This document shows positions 52,460 through 64,000 of a DNA stretch of 64,000 bases, one piece after another. The stretch is from Octopus vulgaris (taxonomy: Eukaryota), in contig OX597828.1 in the NCBI GenBank assembly GCA_951406725.2, positions 39,556,001 through 39,620,000 of the forward strand. The letters run 5' to 3'. The notes below the pieces were generated by a model, which did not search any database, was not told where the DNA came from, and saw only the letters and a program-made list of their open reading frames with translations. Each line of letters starts with the position of its first letter. Position 1 is the first letter of the stretch. A program made the translations under genes and the position numbers.

Positions 52460-52510
52460 TTTGTCAAAATATTTTCGTCGCTTTAAGACCGCGACCTGTT
52501 CACTGACAAA
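52460..52510 (-). ncRNA. Minimal type I hammerhead-like RNA with G3/C8 core variant, in a short TA-flanked element (~52321-52548)
   Basis: Minus strand reads UUUGUCA-GUGAACA-G-GUCGC GGUCUUAAA GCGAC-GAAA-AUAU-U-U-UGACAAA: 7-bp stem I, 5-bp stem II, 1-bp stem III with a palindromic tetraloop. Confidence 0.7.
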
Positions 52511-53340
52511 AATCCGTGCTGCATCTGAGAAAGTAACAGTTAGTTCGTTATATATATGTACGTATGTATGCATGTACGCATGTATGCACGCATGTATGTA
52601 TGCATGCATGTATGTATGTATACACACAGGCGTACGTACGTACATACATATTTCTTTGGACAAACAAGGAGAGACAAAGGGATTAAGTTGATTACACCGA
52701 TCCCAGTGTGTAACTGGTACTTAATTTATCGACCCCCGAAAGGATGAAAGGCAAAGTCAACCTCGGCGGAATTTGAACTCAGAACATAATGGCAGACGAA
52801 ATACCGCTAAGCACTTCGGCCGGCGTGCTAAAGTTTCTGCCAGCTTGCTGCTTTCTGCCATACACACACACACATCTTCTGCCATACACACTCACACACA
52901 CACAGTTCATGGCATGTTCAGACTACTGTCATGTATCCCATATGACATGATCAGACAAAGCTCCTAGATACGATATTTATATCCATTCCAGTATGATAGC
53001 AAAAGGGTTTAAGCTTTAAGACCAGATCAATATATTTAATCCTTCAGCATTTCAACTGTCATATCTTCCCACCAAAATAAAATACCTGTTATGTGTGCAA
53101 ACTGGCCTCTAAAACCTACCCAGGTATGTTTGACATTATCTTTCATACTTTTTCGTGGGGGGTAGACCAAGTCGTAGAGTCACTGTAATCAACTTGCCCC
53201 CCCCCCCTCCCCAACATAGCTGGCCTTATGCCTAAATCCCAAACCAATGCTAGTTACATATCTAACCCTTCCTTTAGTATTCAGATTATTTTCTCAAACA
53301 TAAGGTTTATTTATTCACATTATTTTGAATTTATCATCTA

Positions 53341-53738
53341 CTAGCAGTATCGCCCGGCGTTGCTCGGGTTTGTAAGGGAAATAACTATATAAGCATTTTT
53401 AGAGAGGTAAAGTATAACAGCCATCTCAATATGGCTAACCACAAGGGGGGGGGTGTTACTGTAGCTTTTTACGTTCTGAGATTTAATAATAAATTTTTAG
53501 AGAGTTACTTCCCTTATATATGCCAAAAATGCATTAAAAATGAAAAAAAATGATGGTAAATTTTTTTTTAAATCGTACACTCATCGTAGACGTGCGCTAA
53601 TACCCAGAAGGGCTTGATATGAATCACCGACTATAAGATACCCGGTTTTGGTTAAACTGCACCACAAAATGTGGGAGTAGTTAGGAATCTAAATCGTAGG
53701 AGACAGACAGCACACAACCTCACTTTTATATATAAAGA
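53341..53738 (-). mobile_element. Complete non-autonomous Helitron (398 bp)
   Basis: Minus strand A|TC...cccgagcaacgccggg hairpin...CTAG|T with no TSD; removing it restores the host MITE. Isolated Helitron 3' ends also at 8751-8790 and 62415-62450. Confidence 0.9.
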
Positions 53739-54230
53739 TTATCTTCTAGCTTTGATATTTTGATGACGTGATTGTTTATTTTAAGAATGACATAATAGGA
53801 TAAGTGTGAGAGGCTGGATCTGGCCTGTTTAAGCATAAAACAGAATATTTGGGCCTGACATGCCCAGTTGAAATACTAAAGGATTAATGAATTAAGTAAA
53901 ATAAAAGATACCCCTTTTCTTTTTTTTTTTCAGTCCAGATGAGCATCCTACATATAGGCTCTAATGCATTTGCAGTCTGCTCCAATACTGGAAAGGTGCC
54001 TTGCCACTAGGCTAGAAATTGCAGCCAAATATCCTTCACTATCTTTAAAAGGAGAGACACATTAAATAAAGTAGTCCTATGTACACTAAGTCTGAATAAA
54101 ATCTAAAAACAAACAGGATGGTCACAGCTGGAATGCCTTTCAAATTGCACTCAATACATGTCAATAAACACTGCACGACAGTCAGTATCATATGGAACTG
54201 AAGAGAAAGAAACATGGCATAACAACTTGT

Positions 54231-54290
54231 CATGTGACTTTAGTCAGCTGGTCATGTGATTTTAGTCAGCTGGTCATGTGATTTTAGTCA
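54231..54290. repeat. 22-bp tandem repeat, ~2.7 copies
   Basis: catgtga(c/t)tttagtcagctggt repeated. Confidence 0.85.
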
Positions 54291-56044
54291 CCCATCTCAG
54301 ATTTTATTGTTGATGTTGAGCACCAGGCGTGTCCTGATTGACCAGATTTATGATGAAAGGCATTCTAGCCATGACCCTCCTACCTTTTCTGATATAGTTT
54401 ATCTCAGGTCATGTTATTTAATATGGTCTTCATTTTTTTTCTTTAACCCTTTAACATTTAAATTAGCCATAACAGGTCCAAATATTCTACCTGTTTTATA
54501 TTCATTCAAAAGAAGCCAGATCTGGCCTCTTACACTTACCCATCAATGTCATTGTAAAAGTAAATAATCATATCAACAAAATCTAGAAAGTTACCCTCCA
54601 AAGCACACGTCCAGGTAAGGTTGTTCATGGAAGGCTAGAAGTTGTCCATGTATACCAGCCTCCGTTCTCCATGTCACTGATGTTGTTCAAGGGAACAGCA
54701 AAGGCTGATGCAGCTTGACACCAGTGAGACTGCAACTCATTTCTACGGTGGGGTGAACTAGAACAATCTGAAACAAAGTGTCTTGCTCAAGAACAAAACA
54801 CACAGCCCAGTCCAGAAATCGAACCCACTGCCTCATGATTGTGAGCCCGATGTTCTAACCGTCCAGTCATGCACACAAGCTATGAGGTAATGCACAATCA
54901 ATTCAAAACAAAATACACTCTTGCAGCCAGCAAGATGTGATTTGAGAGAGATTTGTTTACTATTTCTTGCAAGTTGAGTCACCATATAAATCAAGTGTGA
55001 GCAACTGTTTTCCTAGAAGCAGACCTTGTGATATATTGTAAGTCGTAAATCAAGTCATCTCTAAAGTAATAAACATCATATGTTGTACAGAGTAATTTAG
55101 CACACTATGACTTACATTAGATAATCATTAAAATTTATTAGTATGACCAACAAATTATATTTAGAAAGTTTTGGTAAAACTTGTTGTTCATCATCATCAT
55201 CATCATCGCTGATGTCCTCATCAGATCATTTTTATGTTCAGTTTTTTTCATGCAGAGATGAATTTGACAAGACTTGTTGGGGCAGTATTCTAAGGCAGGA
55301 TACCCTTCTGTAACCAACCATTTACTTGTTTTCCACTGGTCTTTAACATATTGAAATTAAGCAATGGGACATGCAGCTTATTGGATGAGAAAAACAAATG
55401 TCACTATTTTGCTCAAACAGTAGTTATGCGAAAACACATGGAAAGAAACACACATACATATATTCACATACAAACAGACAAGCTTCTATACTGCTTCCAT
55501 CAGCCAAATTTTGCTCACAAAGCTTTGGTCAGGACACAGTTATAGTAGAAGAATATTGACCTGTGGCCACTGCTACTGTTGCATACCTGGCACCCATGCC
55601 GGTGGCATGTAAAAAGTACCCTTCAAACTTTAGGCATCATGGAAGCAGTGACAAGTGAGATTGTAGTTGTGGCCGATGCTGGTGTTTCGTAACAGGCACC
55701 TGTGCTGGTGGTACGTAAAAAGCACCCACTCTTGGAGTGGTTGACATTAGGAAGGGCATCCAGCTGTAGAAACTATGTCAAATCAGCATGGAACCTGGCA
55801 CAGCTACCCAGCTTTCCAGTTTTCAGTCAAACTGTCCAACCCATGCCAGCATGGAAAATGGACATTAAATGATGATGATGTTGATGGTACCATTTCATGG
55901 GATGGAATCTGAAACCATGTAGCTCTTTCACCATTTCAACTCTATCCTTCCCTTTTTTTCTCAACCCTGTCACGTAATGAGACTAAACCTGAAATCACAT
56001 TGAAAGGCAAATTCTTTGACCACACAGCCACACCTGCATCTAAC

Positions 56045-56351
56045 TGGCACTCCATCTGTTACGACAAAAAGGATTCCAGTTGGCCCAATCAACAGAACAG
56101 CCTCCTCATGAAATCAACATGCAAGTGGCTGAGCACTCCACAGACATGCGTACCCTTAACATAGTTCTTGGGGGATTCAGCATGACAGAGAATGAGACAA
56201 GGCTGGCCCTGTGAATTACAGGTACATCTCATTTTTGCCAGCTAAGTGGACTGGAGCAACACGAAAAATAAAGAGTCTTGCTCAAGGATACAACATGCTA
56301 CTGGGAACACACAACCTTATGACTGTGAGCCAAATACTCTAACCTCTAAGC
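56045..56351 (-). mobile_element. CORE-like SINE head E + tail 1 (5' tip displaced to 57906-57927)
   Basis: Core ccttgagcaagact...ttgctccagtccacttagctggcaaaaatgag joined to a tail homologous to 23520-23705. Head E with other tails at 16325-16545 and 54583-54875. Confidence 0.8.
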
Positions 56352-57598
56352 CAATGGTTCCCAACCTTTTCACTACCAAGGACCCCTTTTATTTAAATGA
56401 GTTTCCACACGGGCCCCAGGATATTGAAAGGTCTGTCAGCTTAACATGCTGACATGATTAAACTGGCAACAAACTCATTTTACTAGATTCATCTCAAAAG
56501 AAAGACATCTGTAACTGAATATGAAAAAAAAAAAAAAAAAAAGGAAAATGAATAAAAATAAAATAAGAAATACAGAACAAAAATTAAATTACTTTATCTT
56601 TATCTCATAAATGAGATGGTTGATGCTGTTTTGTTGATACTATGTTCGGAATGTCAGGTTCAATGGCAGATCAGGTTCCACATTCACCCTATTTCTGTAT
56701 ATGTTAAGTTACCTGTGTGTAACTTCATTGTTTTTTTCCTTTTAATACGCTTATCTTTATGTGTATGTGTATATCATCATCATCATTTAGCGTCCGCTTT
56801 CCATGCTGGCATGGGTTGGACGGTTCAACAGGGGTCTGGGAAGCCAGAAGGCTGCACCAGGCCCAGTCTGATCTGGCAATGTTTCTACGGCTGGATGCCC
56901 TTCCTGACGCCAACCCCTCCGTGAGTGTAGAGGGTGCTTTTTACGTGCCACCAGCACAGGGGCCAGGCGAGGCTGGCAATGGCCACGATCGGATGGTGCT
57001 TTTTACGTGCCACCGGCACGGAGGCCAGTCGGGGCGGCGCTGGCAACGGCCACGCTTGGATGGCTCGCTGCCACCGGCACTGGTATCACAGCTGCAATTT
57101 CCATTGATGTTGATCGACTTCGATTTTGGTTCTGATTTTGATTTCCACTTGCCTCAAGAGGTCTTCACAAGTGGAGTTTTGTGTCCCAAGAAGGAAAGGT
57201 ATGCATAAGTTGACTGGCTACATCCCAGGTAGAGGCTGGTCTCACTTGTCCTGCCGGGTCTTCTCACGCACAGCATACTTCCATAGGTCTCGGTCTCTAG
57301 TCATTTCCTTGGTGAGACCTAAAGTTCGAAGGTCATGCTTCACCACCTCGTCCCAGGTTTTCCTGGGTCTACCTCTTCCACAGGTTCCCTCAACCGCTAG
57401 GGTGTGGCACTTTTTCACACAACTATCTTCAGCCATTCTCATCACAAGACCATACCAGCGCAAACGTCTCTCTTGCACACCACAACTGATGCTTCTTAGG
57501 TCCAACTTTTCTCTCAAGGTATTTACACTCTGTCGAGTATGAACACTGACATTACACATCCATCGGAGCATACTGGCTTCATTTCTTGCGAGCTTATG

Positions 57599-57637
<39 letters not shown>

Positions 57638-57789
57638 TTATTTCGTTTTTGGAGTCAAGACTATTGAAAGGGTTGGAAGACGCAACGAAAATTTTAGGAA
57701 AATAAAAATAAGGAATAGGTGGAAATTTTACCAGTGAGTGTGTAACATTATAAGGCACAAAAAGAAAATGACTCTCTCCAGACACAACA

Positions 57790-57825
<36 letters not shown>

Positions 57826-57905
57826 CTTTGAATTTTGTTCATGGACCTCCAGTACTACCTTTGTGGACCACCAGGGGTCTGTGGTCCACAGGTTGGGAAC
57901 TACTG
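56352..57905. mobile_element. hAT MITE split by an RTE insertion
   Basis: TIRs caatggttcccaacct / aggttgggaactactg; TSD ctctaagc / cactaagc (7/8). Confidence 0.8.
56773..57592 (-). mobile_element. Young RTE LINE 3' end with complete 3' UTR and (GAT)n tail
   Basis: ORF 57242-57571 (RRLRWYG...GRGRPRKTWDEVVKHDL...LWKYAVREKTRQDK*) is contiguous with the 3' UTR seen in many short copies. Confidence 0.93.
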
Positions 57906-57987
57906 CACTAAGCTATGCACCTTCACACCTGCATCTACAAGCTGTAATAATAGTAACAATAATAGTTTTGACAAAATAAGAACTCAC

Positions 57988-58192
57988 CCTACTTCAGTAA
58001 GGGCAATCATGCCTTCCACTTTCAAACTTCCGTGCAGTAAGACACTAAAAGATGGTGCTTTGCCTCCTTCTGCAGCAGCTGCAGCCGCTGCTGCTGCTGC
58101 TGCAGCTTTCCCTGCCTCGTCTGTGGTTGAGGAAACAACATCTTCATCGCCGTCCTTGGATTCTTTGTTGTTGTTAGTTTCACCATTTGATT
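57988..58192 (-). CDS. INTS14: Integrator complex subunit 14 (VWA9), internal coding exon A (205 nt)
   Basis: Boundaries ttatttcAG|aa...gtagg|GTgagt. Translates (E)SNGETNNNKESKDGDEDVVSSTTDEAGK-A12-EGGKAPSFSVLLHGSLKVEGMIALTEV(G), matching my recollection of the INTS14 motif GKIPNFCVLLHGSLKVEGMVAIVQLG. Phase fits exon B. Confidence 0.93.
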
Positions 58193-58462
58193 CTGAAATA
58201 AGTATAAAATTTTACAGCAAAAGGGAAAAAGGTCCAAACAATTTTATGATTTGAACATCAATTTATGTCAATAATGCTTGCCTTGGTATGAGTATTAAAA
58301 TCCTTTTGAAAATGAATTCTTACCTGCCACTTGTACCAACAGGGGTTCAGCGCAAACATCAAAGAACTGCCATATACACTGTCAGTGGCACAGTTTCATA
58401 ATTTGAGAAAATGTTTCATTCTGCATCTTTGACATGGTTTTGAGGATATTCAAATAATACGA

Positions 58463-58869
58463 GGTGCAGGAGTGGCTGTGTGGTAAGTAGCTTGCTTACC
58501 AACCACATGGTTCCGGGTTCAGTCCCACTGCGTGGCACCTTGGGCAAGTGTCTTCTGCTATAGCCCCGGGCCGACCAATGCCTTGTGAGTGGATTTGGTA
58601 GACGGAAACTGAAAGAAGCCTGTCATATATATGTATATATATGTATGCGCGTGTATGTTTGTGTGTCTGTATTTGTCCCCCTAGCATTGCTTGACAACCG
58701 ATGCTGGTGTGTTTATGTCCCCGTCACTTAGCGGTTTGGCAAAAGTGACCAATAGAATAAGTACTGGGTTTACAAAGAATAAGTCCTGAGGTCGAGTTGC
58801 TCAATTAAAGGCGGTGCTCCAGCATAACCGCAGTCAAAATGACTGAAACAAGTAAAAAAAAAAAAAAAA
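58463..58869 (+). mobile_element. tRNA-derived SINE family A, full length
   Basis: A box tggctgtgtggt, B box ggttcagtcc, internal (TA/TG)n, CR1-like tail. Other copies or fragments at 1-78, 365-530, 8530-8695, 8808-9062, 22435-22808, 26888-27275, 30235-30642, 30776-31152, 31540-31930, 32215-32592, 37513-37599 and 60915-61062. Confidence 0.9.
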
Positions 58870-59079
58870 TGAAAGACTGATTATGAAATATTGTAAAAAT
58901 GCAAAAAAAAATTACATTCCCTTGTAATAAATCAGTATGCATTGTGACTGGAAATACATGGCCTCACCAGTGAATTCCAGTAACAGGCTGAAGCAGTTAA
59001 CATGTTAAACAATTTAAAATGTGCTTAGCTAACAAATATCTGAAAAAATTCTGTAATAGTAGCTATTATTTTTCAATTT

Positions 59080-59390
59080 TGGACACATGCCATCTCCACT
59101 CAGGTACTTTCAACTCACTTGCCTTTCTTTCTCTCATCCCTCAGGTCCCACAACAGCCCTTACCCAGTCCTTTCTTCCCAGAATGTTATCTTTTTTGAAT
59201 CCCCATCCTTCATATGCCTTTCTGGCAGTTTTGACTTTAAGCAGAACTTTAACAGCCTCAATCTCATAGGTATTAAAGGGCCTGAGAAGACCATGAATAC
59301 GGCCCCCTTCCTCCATACCAAACCAATAAATACTCCTTCTTCCTTCAAATATCGAGGCCTTCCACTTACACACACATGTTACATAGAGTA
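59080..59390 (+). mobile_element. Old LINE (L2/Jockey-group-like) 3' end remnant; related remnant at ~9660-9990
   Basis: QSFLPR...FKQNFNSLNL and VFPS...FKQNINHINL resemble LINE ORF2 C-termini. Confidence 0.45.
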
Positions 59391-60244
59391 CTTTTAACCC
59401 TGTAGCATTTAAACCAGCCATATCCAGCCCTATCTGGCCCAAATATTCTACCAGTAATATGTTGATACTGACCAAATCCAACCTCTCTCACCTACCCTAA
59501 AAATAGACTAACACACCACTGAAATCTCAAAGCTACAAGATAAAGCATGATTAATCCAAGACAATGTAAATAAATAAGGATTACATTTGACAGAATAATC
59601 TGAATACAAAAGAAAACTCAAAATGAACAAAACACTGAACAGATTTGCATTCCTTTCTGTAATGAATAACTACAAAAATCATTAAAAACTTCGACATTAA
59701 AAAAGACACCATAAGAACATAACTTTTAAGAATGTATAAAAACACAATAAATCTCTTTTAATAAAAGAATGTAAGATATTTCTAAAAAAACTCATATCAC
59801 CATTCCTCTTTTGTGTGTCACTTGAAAAGAACATTTAAAGTTAAGGTGTCACATGGATTTAAGTCATTGAAAAGAAAACTGTTGCCAGAGTTCTGAGCCA
59901 ATAAGTTCTGCCAACACAATCTTGAAAAGGGTGAGAGAAACATGTCTTGACAAGATGAGGAAAGAATATGTCAACAAAAAATAAAAAGAATGACAAAACT
60001 AGAGTTAATCCCTCAACTAAGAATAGAGTATTTAGTTGTGAATGCCAATAGAAGGGGATTTACATGTAAACTAAGTTTATAACCCACTTCTCAGGCTTTT
60101 TCAATGAACTAATTCCAATTAAGAAAAAGTTGACGAGGGACCAACTTTAGGGCAGCTTTGAATTCTAGAAATATCAACCAAATTCACTTCATGTAACACT
60201 GAGGAGAAGGACATAAAGGAAGACAGGACACCAATAAATTAGAG

Positions 60245-60669
60245 CAGTGTTTCTCAACCTTTTTACCCTTACGTAACCCTTAAAATAAATTGCATGTCTC
60301 AAGGAACCCCTGCACAGGAGCTTGTGGCTCTTCATTACAAGCCTCATCCAAATTTACTGAATGTTTCTTCTTCAAAAACCACCGCATTGGGTTATTAGGT
60401 ATTTTTGTAAAAATAAAGAAAAAAAAATACAGGATGTCCATAAATTACAGACATCACTAAATATATCCTCAATGGTTGGTATTTTTTTTTGATAACATAA
60501 TAGGTTAGATAGGATGATGTCTATATTACAATAACCAATAATATTGGTATACATGTATAATATTACGGTCATGAAATTAGCATTAGCTTATCTCACTCTT
60601 TCTCGCGGAACCCCTAGGAACCTTTTGTGGAACCCTAGGGTTCCAGGGAACCCCAGTTGAAAAATGCTG
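60245..60669. mobile_element. hAT MITE; related ends at 765-1038, 1313-1470 and 62493-62590
   Basis: TIRs cagtgtttctcaac / gttgaaaaatgctg; TSD aattagag / gactagag (6/8, central TA). Confidence 0.78.
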
Positions 60670-61063
60670 GACTAGAGGCTGGAGCATGTCCAAAGAAAGA
60701 AGATAAGATATCTATAGACTAGTGTCCATTAGTGATTGAGCGTGAACAGAGTGGTTATCAAAGGTAGAAAACTGAAATGTTACTTTTGTGATAAAAACAG
60801 ACTACTTCACAACAATAGGCCTTCTTAATTTTTTGCTGTGGGCACATACAGAAATTTGCCTGTGGACAAGATTTGTCTTTCTTTGTAAAATATTCTTTCA
60901 TTCTTTTTTCTTAATTCTTTTACTTGTTTCAGTTATTCAAACAAATTGACCCCAGAATTTATTCTTTGTAAGCCTAGTACTTATTCTATTGGTCTCTTTA
61001 AGGGGACGTAGACACACCAACATTAGCAGTTAAGCGATGGTGGGGGAACAAACAGACACACAA

Positions 61064-61191
<128 letters not shown>

Positions 61192-61215
61192 ATATATATA
61201 CATATACATATACAT

Positions 61216-61328
<113 letters not shown>

Positions 61329-61816
61329 CATCATCATCATCATCGTTTAACGTCCGTTTTCCGCGCTAGCACGGGTTGGACGGTTTCGACCGGGGTCTGG
61401 GGAGCTAGGGACTGCCCCAGGCTCCAGTCTAGTCTGGCAGTGTTTCTACAGCTGGATGCCCTTCCTAACGCCAACCACTCCGCGAGTGTAGTGGATGTTT
61501 TTTACGTGCCACCTGCACAGGTGCCAGAGGGGTCTGGCATCGGCCACGTTCGGATGGTGCTTTTTATGGGGGGGGGCAGAAATATAGGGGAGCACCAGTG
61601 GGGAGGGGTGGTTCAGAGAAATGATGACAGGTTCTAGGCAAGTAGAACGTAGGATATCAAGAGAGGGGTAATGCATGGTGAAATAGCGTATTGAAGAGGG
61701 GGGTTCGAAGAGTAGACACCTATAATGGTGGTGGGAGAAGCGACATCCGGTATAGATGGAGCAAAAATATAGAGATATCCGGTATTGGTGGTGGGGGTGG
61801 GCAAGGGCGGGTGCAC

Positions 61817-62005
61817 CGGGAATATGACGGGCTGGCTTAAAAATGCTCTTAGCAAAGGAAGAGGGGGGATGGCAGACAGCGTAAAAGAGGGAGACAGAGA
61901 GAGAAAGAAGGGAAATAGGAACCCCGCGGAAATGGGCCGCCATTGAAAAAAAAAAAACCCCTGTATGGAGAAATAATATGCAATACGAGGCGAAGCTGAA
62001 AATAG

Positions 62006-62037
<32 letters not shown>

Positions 62038-62372
62038 ATAAGCAAATTTTCGACCGAGGATCAAAGGGACAATACTAATAGTAATAATAATAAATAAATA
62101 ATAACAGCTCAACCACAACATTAGATTAGAAAGACACTCTTATCTTGGGAACATTTCGTTCTTCGGCCTGACACGGGAATATGACGGGCTGGCTTAAAAA
62201 ATGCTCTTAGCAAAGGAAGAGGGGGGATGGCAGACAGCGTAAAAGAGGGAGACAGAGAGAGAAAGAAGGGAAATAGCGGAACCCCGCGGAAATGGGCCGC
62301 CATTGAAAAAACCCCTGTATGGAGAAATAATATGCAATACGAGGCGAAGCTGAAAATAGTAATAATAATAAT
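61817..62372. repeat. Near-identical ~195-bp direct repeat pair, each ending in (TAA)n
   Basis: 61817-62015 and 62174-62372 both run cgggaatatgacgggctggc...gaggcgaagctgaaaatagtaataata. Confidence 0.9.
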
Positions 62373-62591
62373 AATATTATGAGGATGATGATGATATATA
62401 TATATATATATATACTAGCAGGTAAGCTCGGTTTCACCCGGTCTGTTTGGATGATGTGGCTGTGATCGTTTTCGGTTAGGCATAATCTATAACAGTATTT
62501 CTCAACCTTATCATTTTCGGTCCCCTATTTCGATTGGAGCCTCAGCTGTATGAAAATTTCCTGACCCACCCCTTGTCAGAAAACAGCTTCA

Positions 62592-64000
62592 GGAGTTTGA
62601 ATGGGATAAAGAGAGTCTGCCGAATGTTGACCCAACAGAGGGACCAGCTATCCGAGTTGATAGTTCCGTGGTAGCTAAGGCAATTAGAAGCATGAAGACA
62701 GGGAAAGCCCCAGGCCCATCAGGAATTACTGCAGAGATGCTCAAAATATCTGGCAGTGTCGGCTATAGCCTAGTCACCCGTATAGTCAACCAGGTGATAC
62801 ACGAAGGAGTCATACCCAATGACTGGTGTAGCAGCATACTAGTCAACTGCTACAAAGGTAAAGGTGATGCCCTAGATACAAATAATTACAGAGGTATCAA
62901 GCTGTTGGATCAGGTAATGAAGGTTACGGAGAGGGTCATAGTCCAACTAATTAGAGAGAGAGTTAGGTTAGATGAGATGCAGTTTGGGTTCGTGCCAGGG
63001 AAAAGCACCACTGATGCTATATTCCTGTTAAGGCAGCTGCAGGAGAAATACCTAGCCAAAGATAAGCCCCTGTACCTGGCTTTCGTTGACATGGAGAAAG
63101 CCTTTGATAGGGTCCCCCGATCCCTTATCTGGTGGTCACTGAGGAAACTAGGGATCGATGAATGGCTGGTGAGGGCTGTGCAAGCCATGTACAGAGATGC
63201 CGTAAGTAAGGTTAGGATTGGCAACATGTACACAGAAGAATTCAAAGTAGAGGTTGGGGTCCACCAGGGTTCAGTACTCAGCCCCCTCCTATTTATCATA
63301 GTCCTCCAGGCAATAACAGAGGAATTCAAGACAGGTTGCCCCTGGGAGCTCCTCTATGCTGACGACCTTGCTCTAATTGCTGAGTCACTATCAGAACTGG
63401 AGGAGAAGTTCCAGGTGTGGAAGGAGGGTTTAGAATCGAGGGGCCTTAGAGTCAACCTAGCTAAAACCAAAGTACTAATAAGTAGACAGGTAGACAATCC
63501 ACAAATGTCTTCAGGAAGATGGCCCTGCTCGATCTGTAGAAAAGGTGTAGGTAGAAACTCTATAAGATGTACCCAGTGTAAGCTATGGACACATAAGAGG
63601 TGCAGCAATGTCAAAGGTAGGCTAACTGGGAAGATAGTTTTTGTATGTGGCAGATGCTCGGGAGCATTGACCTCCGAAAATCTGTAGAAAACAACTTCCG
63701 TCACTTTCCAGGGGGAAAAACTAGAAGTAGTTGATTGCTTCCATTATCTAGGTGACCAAGTCAGTAGTGGGGGTGGGTGCGCTGAAAGTGTAACTGCTAG
63801 AATAAGAATAGCCTGAGCAAAATTTAGGGAGCTCTTACCTCTGCTGGTGACTAAAGGCCTTTTGCTCAGAGTAAAAGGCAGACTGTATGATGCATGTGTA
63901 CGAACTGCCATGCTACATGGCAGTGAAACATGGGCCGTGACTGCTGAGGACATGCGTAAGCTCATGAGGAATGAAGCCAGTATGCTCCGATGGATGTGTA
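62592..64000 (+). mobile_element. RTE-clade LINE ORF2 (reverse transcriptase), 5'-truncated, runs off the window, with in-frame stops
   Basis: GKAPGPSG, NYRGIKLL, QFGFVPGKST, FVDMEKAFDRVP, GVHQGSVLSPLLF, LYADD, NLAKTK, then a C4HC3 motif; stops at ~63685 and ~63814. Confidence 0.95.

Noticed and set aside
57835-58254. Plus-strand 139-aa poly-Ala ORF and minus-strand poly-Gln ORF 58022-58237
   Set aside because: Antisense and off-frame shadows of INTS14 exon A.
59880-59970. LSRHV peptide on the minus strand as the upstream INTS14 exon
   Set aside because: Only 4 residues match the expected SPPVLSRHLVLP and no suitable splice sites flank it.

Overview
AT-rich, microsatellite- and transposon-dense animal DNA; the SINE, RTE and MITE repertoire suggests an octopus (inference, not verified). 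The only host-gene sequence I can support is three minus-strand coding exons of Integrator subunit 14 (INTS14/VWA9): 58192-57988, 40291-40212 and 18613-18438. They splice in phase across 17.7 and 21.6 kb introns; I found no flanking exons in the window. The introns hold RTE LINEs (with a PHD-like finger inside ORF2 and a hairpin-unit array in the 3' UTR), CR1-group LINEs, a decayed Gypsy element, mariner and DD37D/maT remnants, hAT and piggyBac-like MITEs, Helitrons and several tRNA SINE families. Most notable: (1) short elements, mostly in TA microsatellites, carrying hammerhead-ribozyme folds, including a near-canonical one (51113-51165) and a minimal one with a swapped G3:C8 core pair (52460-52510), both on the INTS14 sense strand and bracketing a long inverted repeat; (2) all six combinations of 2 SINE heads x 3 tails; (3) local template-switch or templated-insertion events. 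All calls were made by eye without searches; repeat boundaries are approximate unless a TSD is quoted.
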